DNA of 64,000 nucleotides from Monocercomonoides exilis PA203. Lineage: Eukaryota; Protista; Preaxostyla. Location: NCBI GenBank assembly GCA_001643675.2, contig LSRY02000058.1, positions 434,001-498,000 of the forward strand, given 5' to 3'. The notes under the pieces were generated by a model. That model was not told the origin of the DNA. It ran no database searches and saw only the letters and a list, made by a program, of their open reading frames with translations. Made by a program: the position numbers and the translations under genes. Shown here one piece after another: positions 23,160 through 40,371 of the stretch. Numbering within the stretch: position 1 is the first letter of the stretch; the number at the start of each line of letters is the position of its first letter.

Positions 23160-26100
23160 TGACAAGAATTAGAACAAAAGTGTTGGAGAGTTGAGAAGAA
23201 TCTGAAAGACGATGTGTTTGAATAAGGAGAAGAAGACAGATTGAAATTAGAGAAGCTAAAGAGGTGAACGCCTTCGAGCCATTTCTGGATAAACAGGAGT
23301 CGTAAGAGAAGAATCTGCTGTTCTTCCTCTCGTTCTATTTAGAAGCAAAATTAAAAAAAAGTTTGAGATTAATCAGAACAATTCAAAAATAGATAGATAG
23401 AAAAGAGATATTAAACATTTACATTTAGAAACATGATGCCATAACAAATAAAAACCTGTTCAGCTCAAAAGAAGTCCTTTGTGAATTCCACTGTTGACTT
23501 GATGACATGATTGCTTCTTTGTATTTGATGCGATCTTCTTTAATCAAAGAAAACTAATCAGGAATTAAATGAAAATATCGATTTTGCGCAACATGCAGAC
23601 AAATTTGAATTTTCAACAAATTGACAAAAAAAAAAAAAAAAGCATACAACACGAGAAGAGCCACCATCGTTCATTTCCTTGTTGTATTCATACGTCAAAA
23701 CAGGAAGAAGAGATGATTCACGAGACGGAGTTCTGCATGCAGATACTGCTCTTCCTCTTCTTGAAGGTGTTTCTGGATGTTGAGCTAATTTTTAATATAA
23801 TGTATTCAAAAAATTTTGAAAATAAAAAGATATAGATATTATAATTCATTCGCAAAACAAGCAAAATCACATGTAACAAACGAGGTGGTATGTATCTGAT
23901 GCCAGAATGTTTTTGTGGGCTCGTTTGCCGTGGAGAAAATATGCTTGAAGAAAGAGAAGTTCTTCCCCATTCTGTGCAGTGCCGTTTTCCAGAGCTGAAT
24001 TTAAAAATAAACCTTTTAATAAATTGGATAAAAACAATGCACGCCAATATTGAGGCTCTTTTACACAAGGTGCAGGACTTTGAGCTCGTACTCTTCGATA
24101 AGGTGAATGTTCAAGAGGAATGCAAGACGTTGACAAATGAGAAGCAGTTTGAGGCCTAACCCTTGTGGGAGTTAAAGCTGGCGTTTTTTCTTGTGTGGTT
24201 CTTGTTGAAATGTGAGGTGAATTTGCTTTGAAGGGTGAAGATGTCAATATTTGTGCTGGCCTTTGAGGCGTGGCTATCGGCATTTGCTGTTCCTGCCCAA
24301 CTTTTAACGAAGGAGAATCACTTTTAACATCGATTGCAGGAGGTTCTTTCATTTTTATATCTTTTGGTGCTGCAGTTATTTCATTCTCTTTATTTTGAAT
24401 TGGTTTTGAGGATTTATACAAAGGAAACGGAGAAGAAAATCCACCAACGGTTTGAGAAATCGTTGCTTGAGTTCCATATTTTCCTAGTTTTGCTCGAAGA
24501 TCGAAACCAGGGTGGAGTATTCTGGCCATTGATCTTCTTTAAAATTTAATCGAAAATAAATAAATATGGTTCTAAAAATTTTAAAAAAACTCAAAATCCA
24601 AAAACAATTTCTAGTTTGTAATAAAAATACACTTAAAAAAAATAACGTTCACCTAAATGCAGCTGGCAAAGTTGAAGAAAGTTGCAGAATATCTGGAAGA
24701 GAAAAGAATGATGGATCAGCAACACTACTAACACCTTCTGTTTGAATCATCTGAGTTTTAGTTGTAATCATTGCATTACTCGAAGCAAGCGCATCTCCCC
24801 ATCCGCATATATCACGTGCTGCTTGGTCAGCATGACTCAATGCATCAGTTCCGTGCTGGATGTGGATGATTGACCGAATAATCGACAGTGTGAAAGGGGG
24901 ATTAACAGGCGAGCGCCGAAGTGCAAGGAGAACAGAGAGTCCTCGATCAGGTGAGAGGTGGATGAGGGCGCAGAGGATCGTCTTCATCAGGCGGATGCGG
25001 AAGATGGAGCGCGCATCCAGGGCGTACTGGGAGGCAGGGCCTGCTGCTGAAGATGCTTGGAATTGCGTGGCGGAGAAGGAGATGGCCTGCTGAGAGGCCG
25101 ACAGAAAGAGGTCGATGTCAGGCACAAGCTCGTTCAGACAGATGCGCGAGGCAGACGAGGTCAGCGCCTGTGTGAAGTGGAAGAGGAGCTTCGTCACCAC
25201 CCGGCTCTTTCTGTTGATGAACGAGTCGTTCTCCCACAGCACTTCCGGAATCGCCCCTGCTGCCGGAGAAAGAGGCAGAACTGTGCCAGGCAGGTTATCC
25301 TTTCCCAGCAGCCTGATCAGAATGCGCATCACATCCGTCCGGTCCGCCCGCTCTAAGATGTCGTTTCCTCTGCTCTCCACTTTCTGGCTCAGAACTGCAA
25401 ACGGCTCGCCCATTTTCGGAAGGGCAGGCTCCAGTCGGGCGATGATGAGAGTCTCAACGAGCTGCTGCAGAATGTCAAAGGGGATTTCGTTGACGGTGAT
25501 GTCGGAGGTGAACAAGAAGGACAAGAAGTCGAGCGAGTTGTGGATGAGAAGCAGAAGATGCTGCGCCATCTGCGGGTTGGCTGGGAAAGACTGCAGCGAA
25601 GAAAACATTTTCGTGAAAAGTGTCTGAAAATGCTTGGTGAACAGAGAGACAAAAAAGGGGAGGACGCTTTTCAGAGGCTCGAGTGTTTCGGCGTTGGGGT
25701 ATTGCACAGCAAACATCGAGTAGAACTTCTGGGCGTTTGAGGGGTCCGTGATCAGTGCATTGATTGAGTCTTCAGCTGACAGGAGAGAAGAAGAAGGAGT
25801 GGAAGAAGAAGAAGAGGAGGAGGAGGATGAGGAAAAGGAGGAAGAAGAAGAACTGCCAAACACTGTCTGGGCAATGGAGAGCCACTGATCAGCTGAAAAG
25901 CAGACAGCAGGTTGAAGTGAAGAAGAAGGAAACGAAGCAGATGAAGTGATGGTGAATGTGGATGAAGGGAGAGCAAAAGGCGGCTGGAGTGGTGTCTGAA
26001 CCTTTGGCTGATTTGGCTGAATTTGCTGAAGTGTTGATGGCTGAAATGCGAATTGTGAAGTGGATGGCTGAGAAGGTGTGGTGGATGAAGTGCTGGAGGC

Positions 26101-29100
26101 ATCGGCCATCGAAGAAGAGAGTTGCGAGGTGGAGTGAAGTGATGAAACGTTTGCTGGTGAAATGGATGAGGGCAAAGAAGATAAAGAAGAAGAAGAAGGA
26201 AAAGAGGAAGAGGAAGAAGACATCATGTTTTGCATCGTTTCTGACATGCGTTGTGGTGATTGCTGCATTCCTTCAATGTCCATTGACTGCCTCTCATTTT
26301 CCCTGCGCATTCTTTCGCTGCGTCTCTCCTCCTCTTTCTCTCTCTCCAGCCCCATCATAAACCCGATCAGTGGCTGTGCCGACTGCGCTGCCAGCTTCGC
26401 AAACTGGAGTGCGCTTATCACTTCGTCCATCTCTCTCTGCGGAAGCTGGTTCGCCTCCAACACAACTGCATCGACGCCTGCCGCTCTGATGACCTCGATG
26501 AACAGCAGCTTCATCATGTGCTTCACGTAGCTGCTGCTGGCGCTGTACTTCCACACAAGTGGGCGGATGCACTGCGAGATTCCGTCTTTGAACAAGTCCT
26601 TTTCGGATTGCTGTGCCGTCGGCTGTGTCTGCTGCGCCCACTGCGCGACCTGCGGAAGCAGCCACTCCAACACCGCTCGGCGCTGTTTGTGCGAATCCAC
26701 TCCCAAAAGTGTCGAGGCAGGAGGCAAAAGTTGAGTGATCCCCACACCTGCAGCAAACGCATCCAGTGCAGATGAAGCAGCTGAGCTTAAAGTCTCAATG
26801 GAGTTTGGATGGGACAGCAGTAAAGATGGAAGCTGTGTTTCAAACTGGTACTCCTGTGAAGGAAGTGCAGGCAATGGAAGGGGCAGAGGCGGAGGAAGCA
26901 GCCGCTGCTGGCTGGGCGGGAGAAGACAGAGCTGCTGCTGGTAGACTTCAACCTGCTGCTGATACAGCGCCTTCTGCTGCTGCTCGAGCACATGGCGCTG
27001 TCTCTCTTTCTCAATCAGCTCTGCTTTGTGTGACTGGAGCTGCCTTTGCATTGCACCTTCATCATCTGCACCGAGAAAGGAGAATATGTGCACAGACAAG
27101 ATTGTGGCATATGTGCTGGCTTTGTCCTTCATGCAGCGGATGAGCAGTTCAGAGAGTCTTATGCACGCAATGGCTATCGTCCTGTTTGGGTGCGCAAACA
27201 GCTCGCTCAAACACTTTACAAGATCTGCCAGCATTTCAGCTGTGATGCTCTGCGAATTTGACGTGACAGCACTTGCAACCTGTTCGACTGATGTGTATTC
27301 TTCAGCTGTGAGATATCCAAAATACGAAGAAGAAGAAGAAGAAGGCTGATGTGATGACATTGCTGTGTCTGATGTCAGCCCATTCGATGTGGCTGCAGCA
27401 AGTGATGCTCTGAGCTGTGAAATGGGTCCGCTCAGCGGATTTTGCATGTCGTGCTGTGGAGGGGCATACTGCTGTTTCGGTGCTTGTTCGGGTGACTTGT
27501 CCATTGCCTGGCTTGGTGAAGAGTGTTTGCTCTCGTTTGGAGAAACAGTCATTTTATTTGCTTGTTCTTGTCGATTCGGTGCGGATGGTGAATCAAGGCT
27601 ATGAAGGGGTAACGAATCTATTTCATTGTCCATTCTCATGTTTGTGCTGACAGAAGAAGAAGAAGATGATGATGGCGATGGTGATGATGAAGTATACATA
27701 TAGGAAGAGGAAGAGGCAGACGCCGAAGCAGAAGCAGAAGCAGCATAAGAAGAGGAAGACGCAGAAGCAGATGCAGAAGCAGATGAAGAAGAAGACAGAT
27801 TCGAAGGAGACGCTTTCATTTTGTGTTCAATGATCAAATCAGAACTAGTTCTCGATGAAATCATTGGAGAGCAAAGAGAAGATGATTGGTTGAACACTTT
27901 GCTGCTTTGCTGAGGGGATCTTGGCGGAAATGAAGAAGGCTCGTTGAAAGGCGATGCAACTGGAGAACTGCTTTGCATTGATTTACCAGATCTGGCAGCT
28001 TGAATGGGCTCTGAAACGTGAGAGAGTTCGTTTTCTCCGTCTGGAATTTCTGTTTGAAATGAATGAGAAGCATCACCAATACGCGAAGAAAGAGGAAATA
28101 GCTCTGGCTCTTGGAGAGGAAGGCCCGAAGTGTCATCAGCCTTTTTCTGGATGCTTGAGCGATGGTCGTCAGTCACCTTCTGATCTTCATTGAGAACATC
28201 AGCATATTCAGAGCCATAGCTTCGAAGAAGCAGCCCAGAACAAGAAAATGCCAAGTTTTTGACAGTTGCTTGGCGATCAGAGAAAAAGGGCACAAGAAAA
28301 TTGTGTGTGATTGAAAGGTTAACATATTCACAGCCAAACCGCTGGATGACATCTTTCAGAAGCCATCCCAAAGCGGACGTTGTTGCTTTTTGATTTTTTG
28401 TTGTTTGAATCATCTCAAATACTTTTGGGCAAACTACAATTGGGGAATACAAGAGGCAACAATTCGTTAAAAACTGCTTTGCTGGAAGCTCTGTTGCAGT
28501 TGCTCCAATTTTGTCTATCGCCATTGGTAAAACTGCACCAATTGCTTCAAGCGTGATAACACGTATAACTTGTAAGCTTGTAACAGATTTTTCAACAGAT
28601 GCCTCGCACAGAAGAGCTGAACAATTCAAGAATTCTGCCGCAACACGAACGTGTTTAGACTTATGTACGTCCATGTGAATGCAAATTCTGAATAAAGAAT
28701 CAACAACTTCTTGGTGGGATGTTCTTGACATCGCATCAGTGACCGCTGAATCTTTGATATAACTTGTAACTGCCCCAAATAAAGCCGTGATTGCTCCCAA
28801 CTTTTCTTTCCAATCTGTAGATTTTAATAATGCAACAAGCTCCGTAATTCTGTGAGGTGAAGCACTCGGAGACTTCTCATCACCCTCAGCTTCAATACAT
28901 AAAGCTTCTTCAGTTTTTACTGATTTTTCTATCAAGCATGTAATTGAAGGACCTATTGCATTAATCAGTTTTGTTGGCGCCTCAGTGAAATCTATTTTGT
29001 GTTCTAACGCATCTGGCCCAGGAATTTCTTCCAAAAGTTCAGAAGCAGATATGTCTTCATAATCCGAATCGCTAAAGGAAGCTGGCTGCATTTCTTGAAT

Positions 29101-29166
29101 ATATGAAAAATCTAAAGTTAGCCCACCTGGTTTTTGAGTTTGTGGGGTGCTTAGAAAAGTCGACAT
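23160..29166 (-). CDS. XMAP215/CKAP5 (ch-TOG/MOR1)-like TOG/HEAT protein, divergent; main exon 29166-24653, further small exons, 3' end approximate
   Basis: TOG-like segment (DWKEKL...AIDKIG...KNQKATTSALGWL...FG...ATVKNLA) and CKAP5-like C-terminal helices (ILERADRTDVMRILIRLL; VVTKLLFHFTQAL; IRLMKTILCALI). A GT-AG intron at 24652-24537 joins in frame to ORF 24529-23867; the distal exons could belong to a separate gene. Confidence 0.65.
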
Positions 29167-29400
29167 AACGAAAAGAAATTTTAAAAGGTGATCTGTGATC
29201 AAATGTTCCTGTATTAGTTTTTTATATAATTGTATGTGTTAAATAAGTTAACTGGGGAGAAATAAAAATTGTTGAGATATAACTTTTTATTTTTATGGAA
29301 GTAGCTAGATAATTTAGCTTCATTTGAATTTCGTTTTATGAGCATGATTATTATTTATTGAGATTTTCATTAATTCTGTATTTATTTATTATCAAAGATC

Positions 29401-30275
29401 ATGAAATGCCTTATTTCTCCGTCTATGCTTAGCAGCGATTTTGCTAAGCTTGCAGAAGAATCCGAAGCCATTATTAAAACGCATGGTGCTGATTGGCTTC
29501 ACCTTGATGTTATGGATGGGCAATTTGTACCAAATTTGACAATAGGAGCCCCTGTAATAAAATGTTTAAAGAAGCATACTGAAGCATTTCTTGATTGCCA
29601 TCTCATGGTCATTAACCCACAAAATTTTATTAGGCCATTTAAAGATGCTGGGGCAGACATGTTCACATTTCACCTTGAAGCTGTTCCAGGTTTTTATTCT
29701 TCACACTATTAGAAATGTTTTTTTAATAACATATTTTTTTTTAATTTTTTTCCAGAAGGAATGGCTGCATCAGATATTATCAAAGCGGTAAAAGCTGAAG
29801 GAATGTTGTGCGGTATTTCAATAAAGCCAAAAACTCCAGCAGATGCACTTTGGGGTTTGATTTTTGCCTTTTATTTGCATGTTGTTATATAATATTAATA
29901 ATGCACACTTTTCTTTTCTTTTCTTTTTAAATAGCCAAAGAAGACTTGCCAACAATGGTTGACATGGTTCTTGTGATGACGGTTGAACCGGGTTTTGGCG
30001 GCCAGGCATTCATGGGCGATATGATGCCCAAAGTGGAGCTGCTGAGGAAGAAGTATCCGACGCTCCTTGTCGAAGTGGATGGAGGACTGGACAAGAACAC
30101 GATCAAGCCAGCAGCAGAAGCAGGGGCGAATGTGATTGTGGCAGGAAGCAGCATATTTAAGAGCGAAGACAGAACAGCTGCTGTGTCTGCTTTGAGAGAA
30201 GCATGCGAGAAAAGTGCTGCGCTTCAGCCAATTTCAAACGAGGAAGTGTTGAAAAGAACAGCCAGAGGAAAGTGA
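29401..30275 (+). CDS. RPE: Ribulose-phosphate 3-epimerase (three exons)
   Basis: [69 protein letters not shown]. Confidence 0.97.
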
Positions 30276-30670
30276 ATTTGAGGTTATCTGGAAAAGATGT
30301 TGAATTGGAGCTTGTAGTGGCTGGATGAAGTATTTATATTTTGTTTTGAGTTTGAACGCTGTAATTAAGTTGTTGATTATACTCTTCCTTTTTCTCAATT
30401 GAAAAAATAAAATAAATAAATTGATAAATAAAAATAAATTTTTTTATTTCACCCACTTTAGCTTTGATTTCTTATTTGTTCGTCTATCATTCATTGAAAT
30501 GGGGGAAAAGAACAATAAATATATAATTTCTTCTCTTTTTTTTCATAAGATAAATGAAAAGTCGACAGAAAAAAAAGGCATCTGAACTTTTCTGCAATTC
30601 CACGCAAAATCATAATTTCCAAATGAACCTCTAAACTGTTACATCTTATTTGAAGTGAATAATGAAATGA

Positions 30671-35206
<4,536 letters not shown>

Positions 35207-35482
35207 TCAACTCGTTTAAATAAAATGACTATAAAAAAATACGACACGAATTCGCGCAACCTGAACAGCGAATTTTCGAAAAGAGACGAAGAAAATTTAA
35301 CTTTTTAATTACCTGTTCAATACATAATTTTTTTGTTGATTCGAAAAAATTCAAATACATTCTTTTTTAATTTCGTATTATTAAAAAATACCACTCGTTT
35401 CTATATATTCGTGTTAGCTTTGAGTTCACTTAAAATTGAAAATTAGTGAGAATCCTTGTTTATGGAAAAATTGTTTTGTTTC

Positions 35483-36470
35483 TAGTGTTACACTTTTACT
35501 CTGACCTGTATTTTACCCCCACCCTTTATTTTGTAGAGCTGGCTACGGCTTAATACAAGCTTGATGCCAACAAAAAATAACTAGAAATGTTTATTTTAAT
35601 AAATTTAACTTATACAGAAAAATTTTTTTAACAATTTTTTTTTAACTTTGAGATCTCGGTATTTTTTAATTTTATTTTTTGATCATTAAATTGATGGTCT
35701 TTCCATGAATATAACATTCTGGAAATTTAAAGCCACATCAACATTACACGTCTTATCCTTTTTATTATTTTTAAAACTTTTCACATTTCACACGTTTCTT
35801 TTTCACTTGTTTTCTCATTTCATCCACTTTTCGAAAAAATGAAAATTTTTTAAGAATGATGATTTTTCGTAAAAAAATTTAAGATTATCCTTAATATATG
35901 TTAGAATGTTAATTATGCAGATATACAAATAAGCTTTGCAAATTTGATTTGAAATGGAAAAATGAAAAACATCAATTTCGGAAGTTTTGATTTTTCCAAC
36001 CAGTAACATTTTTTCAGCAAAAAATTACGTGAGTGTCCAATAATATATAGAGTTTCAAATGAGATACAGCTTATAAAATTAAAAAATTGTCTTTTATACA
36101 ATCAAAAATTGCATTTTTTCGAAAAGTGGATGAAATGAGAAAACAAGTGAAAAAGAAACGTGTGAAATGTGAAAAGTTTTAAAAATAATAAAAAGGATAA
36201 GACGTGTAATGTTGATGTGGCTTTAAATTTCCAGAATGTTATATTCATGGAAAGACCATCAATTTAATGATCAAAAAATAAAATTAAAAAATACCGAGAT
36301 CTCAAAGTTAAAAAAAAATTGTTAAAAAAATTTTTCTGTATAAGTTAAATTTATTAAAATAAACATTTCTAGTTATTTTTTGTTGGCATCAAGCTTGTAT
36401 TAAGCCGTAGCCAGCTCTACAAAATAAAGGGTGGGGGTAAAATACAGGTCAGAGTAAAAGTGTAACCCTA
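35483..36470. mobile_element. Non-autonomous fold-back/MITE-like element: two 359-bp inverted arms (35483-35841 and 36112-36470) around a 270-bp spacer
   Basis: Arms read as near-perfect reverse complements. Termini are TAG(T/G)GTTACACTTTTAC. No coding capacity. Confidence 0.85.
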
Positions 36471-36986
36471 TAGATATTGAATTGAGAAATGACTCCTTTC
36501 ATTGTGCATGCAGCATAGCTGGAGAAGAGACGTTTCAAGACGTAGACGAAGAAGAAGTTCAGGAGTTATTTTCAACAAAGAAAATAGATTTATGTATGGA
36601 ATTCAACGAAGAGAAAGAAAAAACTATTTTGCAAGAAATACAAAATTTGCTATACACAAACTGGTTTCCTCGACTTGACAGATCATTTACGAATAATGCT
36701 CGGAGCGTGCTTAAAGATTATGGAAACAATTCTATAACTGCTTGCAAGTTGTTCTTTGAAAATCAGATGAAATCGAAGCCGGAAGAAATAATCGAAAAAG
36801 ATCCAGAAAACTTTTACAATGTAATTGCTGAGTTTGGTAATCTCCAATCGTTGTATTCAGGCTTATGTTTGTCACTAATCCTATCTCCATGCAGCGAAGC
36901 AAGCTGCGAGAGAATTATTTCGAAAATCAAAAACATAATTGGAGATAAAAGAAACTCGATTAGCCTACAGACTTTGGAAGCATTAC

Positions 36987-38374
36987 GGCATATGGGTATG
37001 ATATGGGAGTTTTCAAAACTTATTAAAGCTTATTTTTTTATTATTAATATGATTATAAATCATCATTATTCATGTTTTTAATCATCGGAAATCCATGATT
37101 ATAATTTTCAAATATTTTTCGAAAAAGGTCAATTTCAAGTTGTTATGGGTTGTGATCAAAATTGTTATATTGAAATGGCAATGCCGGATCTTCAGATAAT
37201 TAAACCTCATCAGCTGGATAATGTTTTCACAGACGAAGACGGAGCGTGGAGGTGGTTTTACGAGAATGTTTTGAAAAACGAAGCGAAAATTTGCGTCCGT
37301 TGCAGAAGAAAAATGATTGTTTTCAAAGGCGAAAAGTTTTACAGATATTGGTACTGTTCAAAATGCAATAGAAAGAAATCTGTTTATGATGAAACAGTTT
37401 TCTTTGGGAATAAATTATGATTGGGGAAGGTTTTAAGAATCATTTTGTGATATTGGGAAGGTGCAAATATAAAGTTCATTTCGAAAATGCTGGGAGTGGA
37501 TAGGAAAACTGTTGGATTCTGGTGCAGTGTCGTGAGAGTTTCATGCATGGAAATTTGGAATTTACATCAAAACCCAATAGGAGGAGAAGGAAAAGTGGTT
37601 GAAATTGACGAGGCTGTATGGAGGAGAAGAAAATATAAGAGAGGAAGAAGAAAGGAACAAATTTGGATATTTGGTGGGGTTGAGAGGTTGGAGGGAGGTG
37701 GAGCTGGTCCTCGTTTTGTGAAAGTTGTGCCTAACAGAAAGAGGGAAACTCTTCTACCCATCATTTTGGAAACAATTCAAAGTGGAACGACAATTATGAG
37801 CGACGAGTGGAAAGCATACTCCACTTTGGACCAATACGATTACACTCATAGAACTGTTTCTCATATCAAAAAATTTGTAGATCCAGTTCCGGGTGCGTGC
37901 ACCAATACGATAGAGGGCTTGTGGGGTGCATTGCGCAAATCATTCCCTCAGTATGGAGTGAGAAAATCAATGATTGCAGATCATTTAGCTATGTTTCTGG
38001 TAAAAACTTCTTTGAAATATAAATTTCAAGATATTTCACCATCTATCGTTAAGTATAAAGCTGTAGAAAAGCCAGCAGAATATCTTGCGGAAGAGGAAGT
38101 CGAAGATGAAGATACCGAAATCCCTCAAATTGAAGATATTTTGGGAGATGAAGAAACTGAGGAAGAATCGTCAGGGCTCGAGACAGAAGAAGAAAAAACT
38201 TCAGATTATGAACCATAAATGATTTATTTTTATTTTTATTTTTTATTTTTTATTTTTCATCCACACACATTTCCGATGAATATAAACATGAATTATGATG
38301 TTTAGTGATCATATAAATTACAAATAAATATGTTTTAAGGAGTTTTGAAAACTCCCATATCGTACCCTTATACC
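36987..38374 (+). mobile_element. Merlin (IS1016/IS1595-like) DNA transposon, 1388 bp
   Basis: 8-bp TSD AGCATTAC (36979-36986 and 38375-38382). GG...CC termini. 34-bp TIR with 3 mismatches, extending imperfectly to about 105 bp. Confidence 0.93.
37145..38218 (+). pseudogene. Merlin DDE transposase with two in-frame TGA stops (37418 and 37448)
   Basis: Zn ribbon CVRC...CSKC, HTH-like MLGVDRKTV, VVEIDE, WIFGGVER, IMSDEWKAY, TNTIEGLW. ORFs 37145 and 37487 share a frame. Confidence 0.9.
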
Positions 38375-39279
38375 AGCATTACTTCATATTTGACTTTAAT
38401 CTCTGTTTTTTATTTGTCTTATAAAAATTTATATCATTTCATTCTATTTTTCAAGTTATTCTAATTGAACAAACAAAGCATATAAATCATATTCAAAAAT
38501 ACAACACTTTCAACGTTATAAAATGATCTTGAAGTTTTGAATGATTTCTCTTTATATGTTTTTAAAAAATGAAAAATCATACAGACATGTGTTTTTATCT
38601 TAATATAAAACGTTCATTCACTTTGTCTAACATCGCAAACTTGTGGTTTTATGTTCCAGCAATGAAGGACTTTGAAATTGAAATTTCACGAAAGATAGTT
38701 TCAAATGATCAATGCAAAATATAAACAAAATAAAAAAATATGAATACACTTTCTCAGCATCATCATTTCTAACCTTTATAATTAAATGAATATTGACTTG
38801 TTTGAGTGTTAGCATTTAATCATTTCATTCGATTGATACAGCTTGTGGAATGAAGATTTCTTCACTAACCTTCATTCAAGAAGTTATTTATTGCCTGATC
38901 CATTCCTTAATTCTTCTCTTCCTCTTCCAAAAACCATTCGATTAACTTATCATTCCTTCTTTTACTATTTTGACATTAGCAATTCTGCCTGGCCCGTCCA
39001 AAAAAACAACACAGCTATGCCACTCTGTGAAGAGAGCTCCGCACGATCAAAACATTTTTTATCCCTTTGCATCTTGCCAAATGCACTTACAGTTTCATGT
39101 TTTGGAGAAATCTCAAGAATCCTTCCCTCTACAGCTGTGTGGATGAGCACTGCTGGATCACTGAGAAGATGATTCTGCAGGAAAAGCTGTCACTTAACTT
39201 TCTAAACAATATTTTTGCCCACGAGCTCACTCCGGCCGACGAGACATTCAACTGCGACGATTGCCTGCTCTTTACAGAG

Positions 39280-39972
39280 GCTGTCATGCACTTGCAACAG
39301 AATCTGCTGCACCTGTCATTCTATTAAAGTGCTGCTCCGCTGTGAAGCAAATGGTGCTGGAGATCGCGTGGCAAACGCTGAGTCCAACTGATGCACATGT
39401 TGTGTTTGAGATCGGGCGAGGGGAAGAGACTACTGCGATGCACTTTCTGGAGCAGATGCCAATCTGCGAGGTGGGTGCACCGATGCAGTCGATTGTGCTG
39501 CGGAACGAAGGTGGGACGAGCATCGACAACAGACTGGAATTGTCTGATGTGAAGCGGCTGAATGCGTCTGCAACTTATTTCCCTCTGTTTGAGTGTTCTA
39601 TCACGAGAGGGATTGTTCCTGCTATAAAAAGAAGGCAATATATTGGTGCTTCCATCCACTGATACAAAGAAGCAACTTAATGAGGATTCAGATCATGTTG
39701 GAAATCAGATACAGCGCAATGAGTGAGATGAATGAGAATGTGGAGGAGGATCAGAGGGGAGAGGAAGTGATGGTACAGAAGGTATCACACACATTGAAAC
39801 TGAACTGCAAGCTCTGCTGGCGGAAGACGGTTTTATCGCGAAGGAAGGTGAAGAGCTGTTTGTACATGAAAAAACGACAACAATTCCAGGCTCCTATTTC
39901 TCCGACGCTTAGCCAGCTGTGAATGATGTCACATGAGAGAATTGGCTTTATGAGTGCGGAGAGTTGGATCAT
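39280..39972 (-). pseudogene. Highly degraded DIRS-like pol remnant (RT, RNase H and MT-linker traces)
   Basis: LFTFLRDKTVFRQQSLQFSFN resembles the RT B region. EHSNRGK*VADAFSRF resembles the RNase H end motif, followed by PPSFRSTIDCIGAPT...SR. Weak evidence. Confidence 0.35.
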
Positions 39973-40371
39973 GGAGAAGAGGCTGGTGTGTCTGGTGTGT
40001 CCGGCATGAAACTGCGTCTAGCGCCGCAGAAGAGGGAGTAAGAGAAAGGAGAGAAAAAATGCATCATGTTTGAACGGAAAGAGAGCCATCCGCTGATCTT
40101 GCCGTAGGTTGTGACGATTCATCCGATCAGAGGAGAGATTGCAAAAGGACAGAAATGCGTATGTGATGTGTAACTTTATGTGATGCATTCGGTTATACTA
40201 ATGAATTCATTTCTGTAGCTTTCGCCTTCGATGAATTCGAAATGAAATTATTCAATTGAAAATCAGAATTCTTCTTCTTCTTTTGCTGAGAATAATGTTG
40301 AAGCAAGTTCAAAAGTTTTTCATTCTTTTCGTATCAATGTTTCCCTTCAACATGTCGTTCTTCTTCTATGA

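Larger units (their letters stand above)
36471..38393 (+). pseudogene. 3' fragment of a hAT-superfamily transposase (C-terminal dimerisation domain), interrupted by the Merlin element
   Basis: LSLILSPCSEASCERIISKIKNIIGDKRNSISLQTLEAL matches the hATC pattern. Removing 36987-38382 restores ...LEALLHI-stop (TGA ending 38393). Confidence 0.8.
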
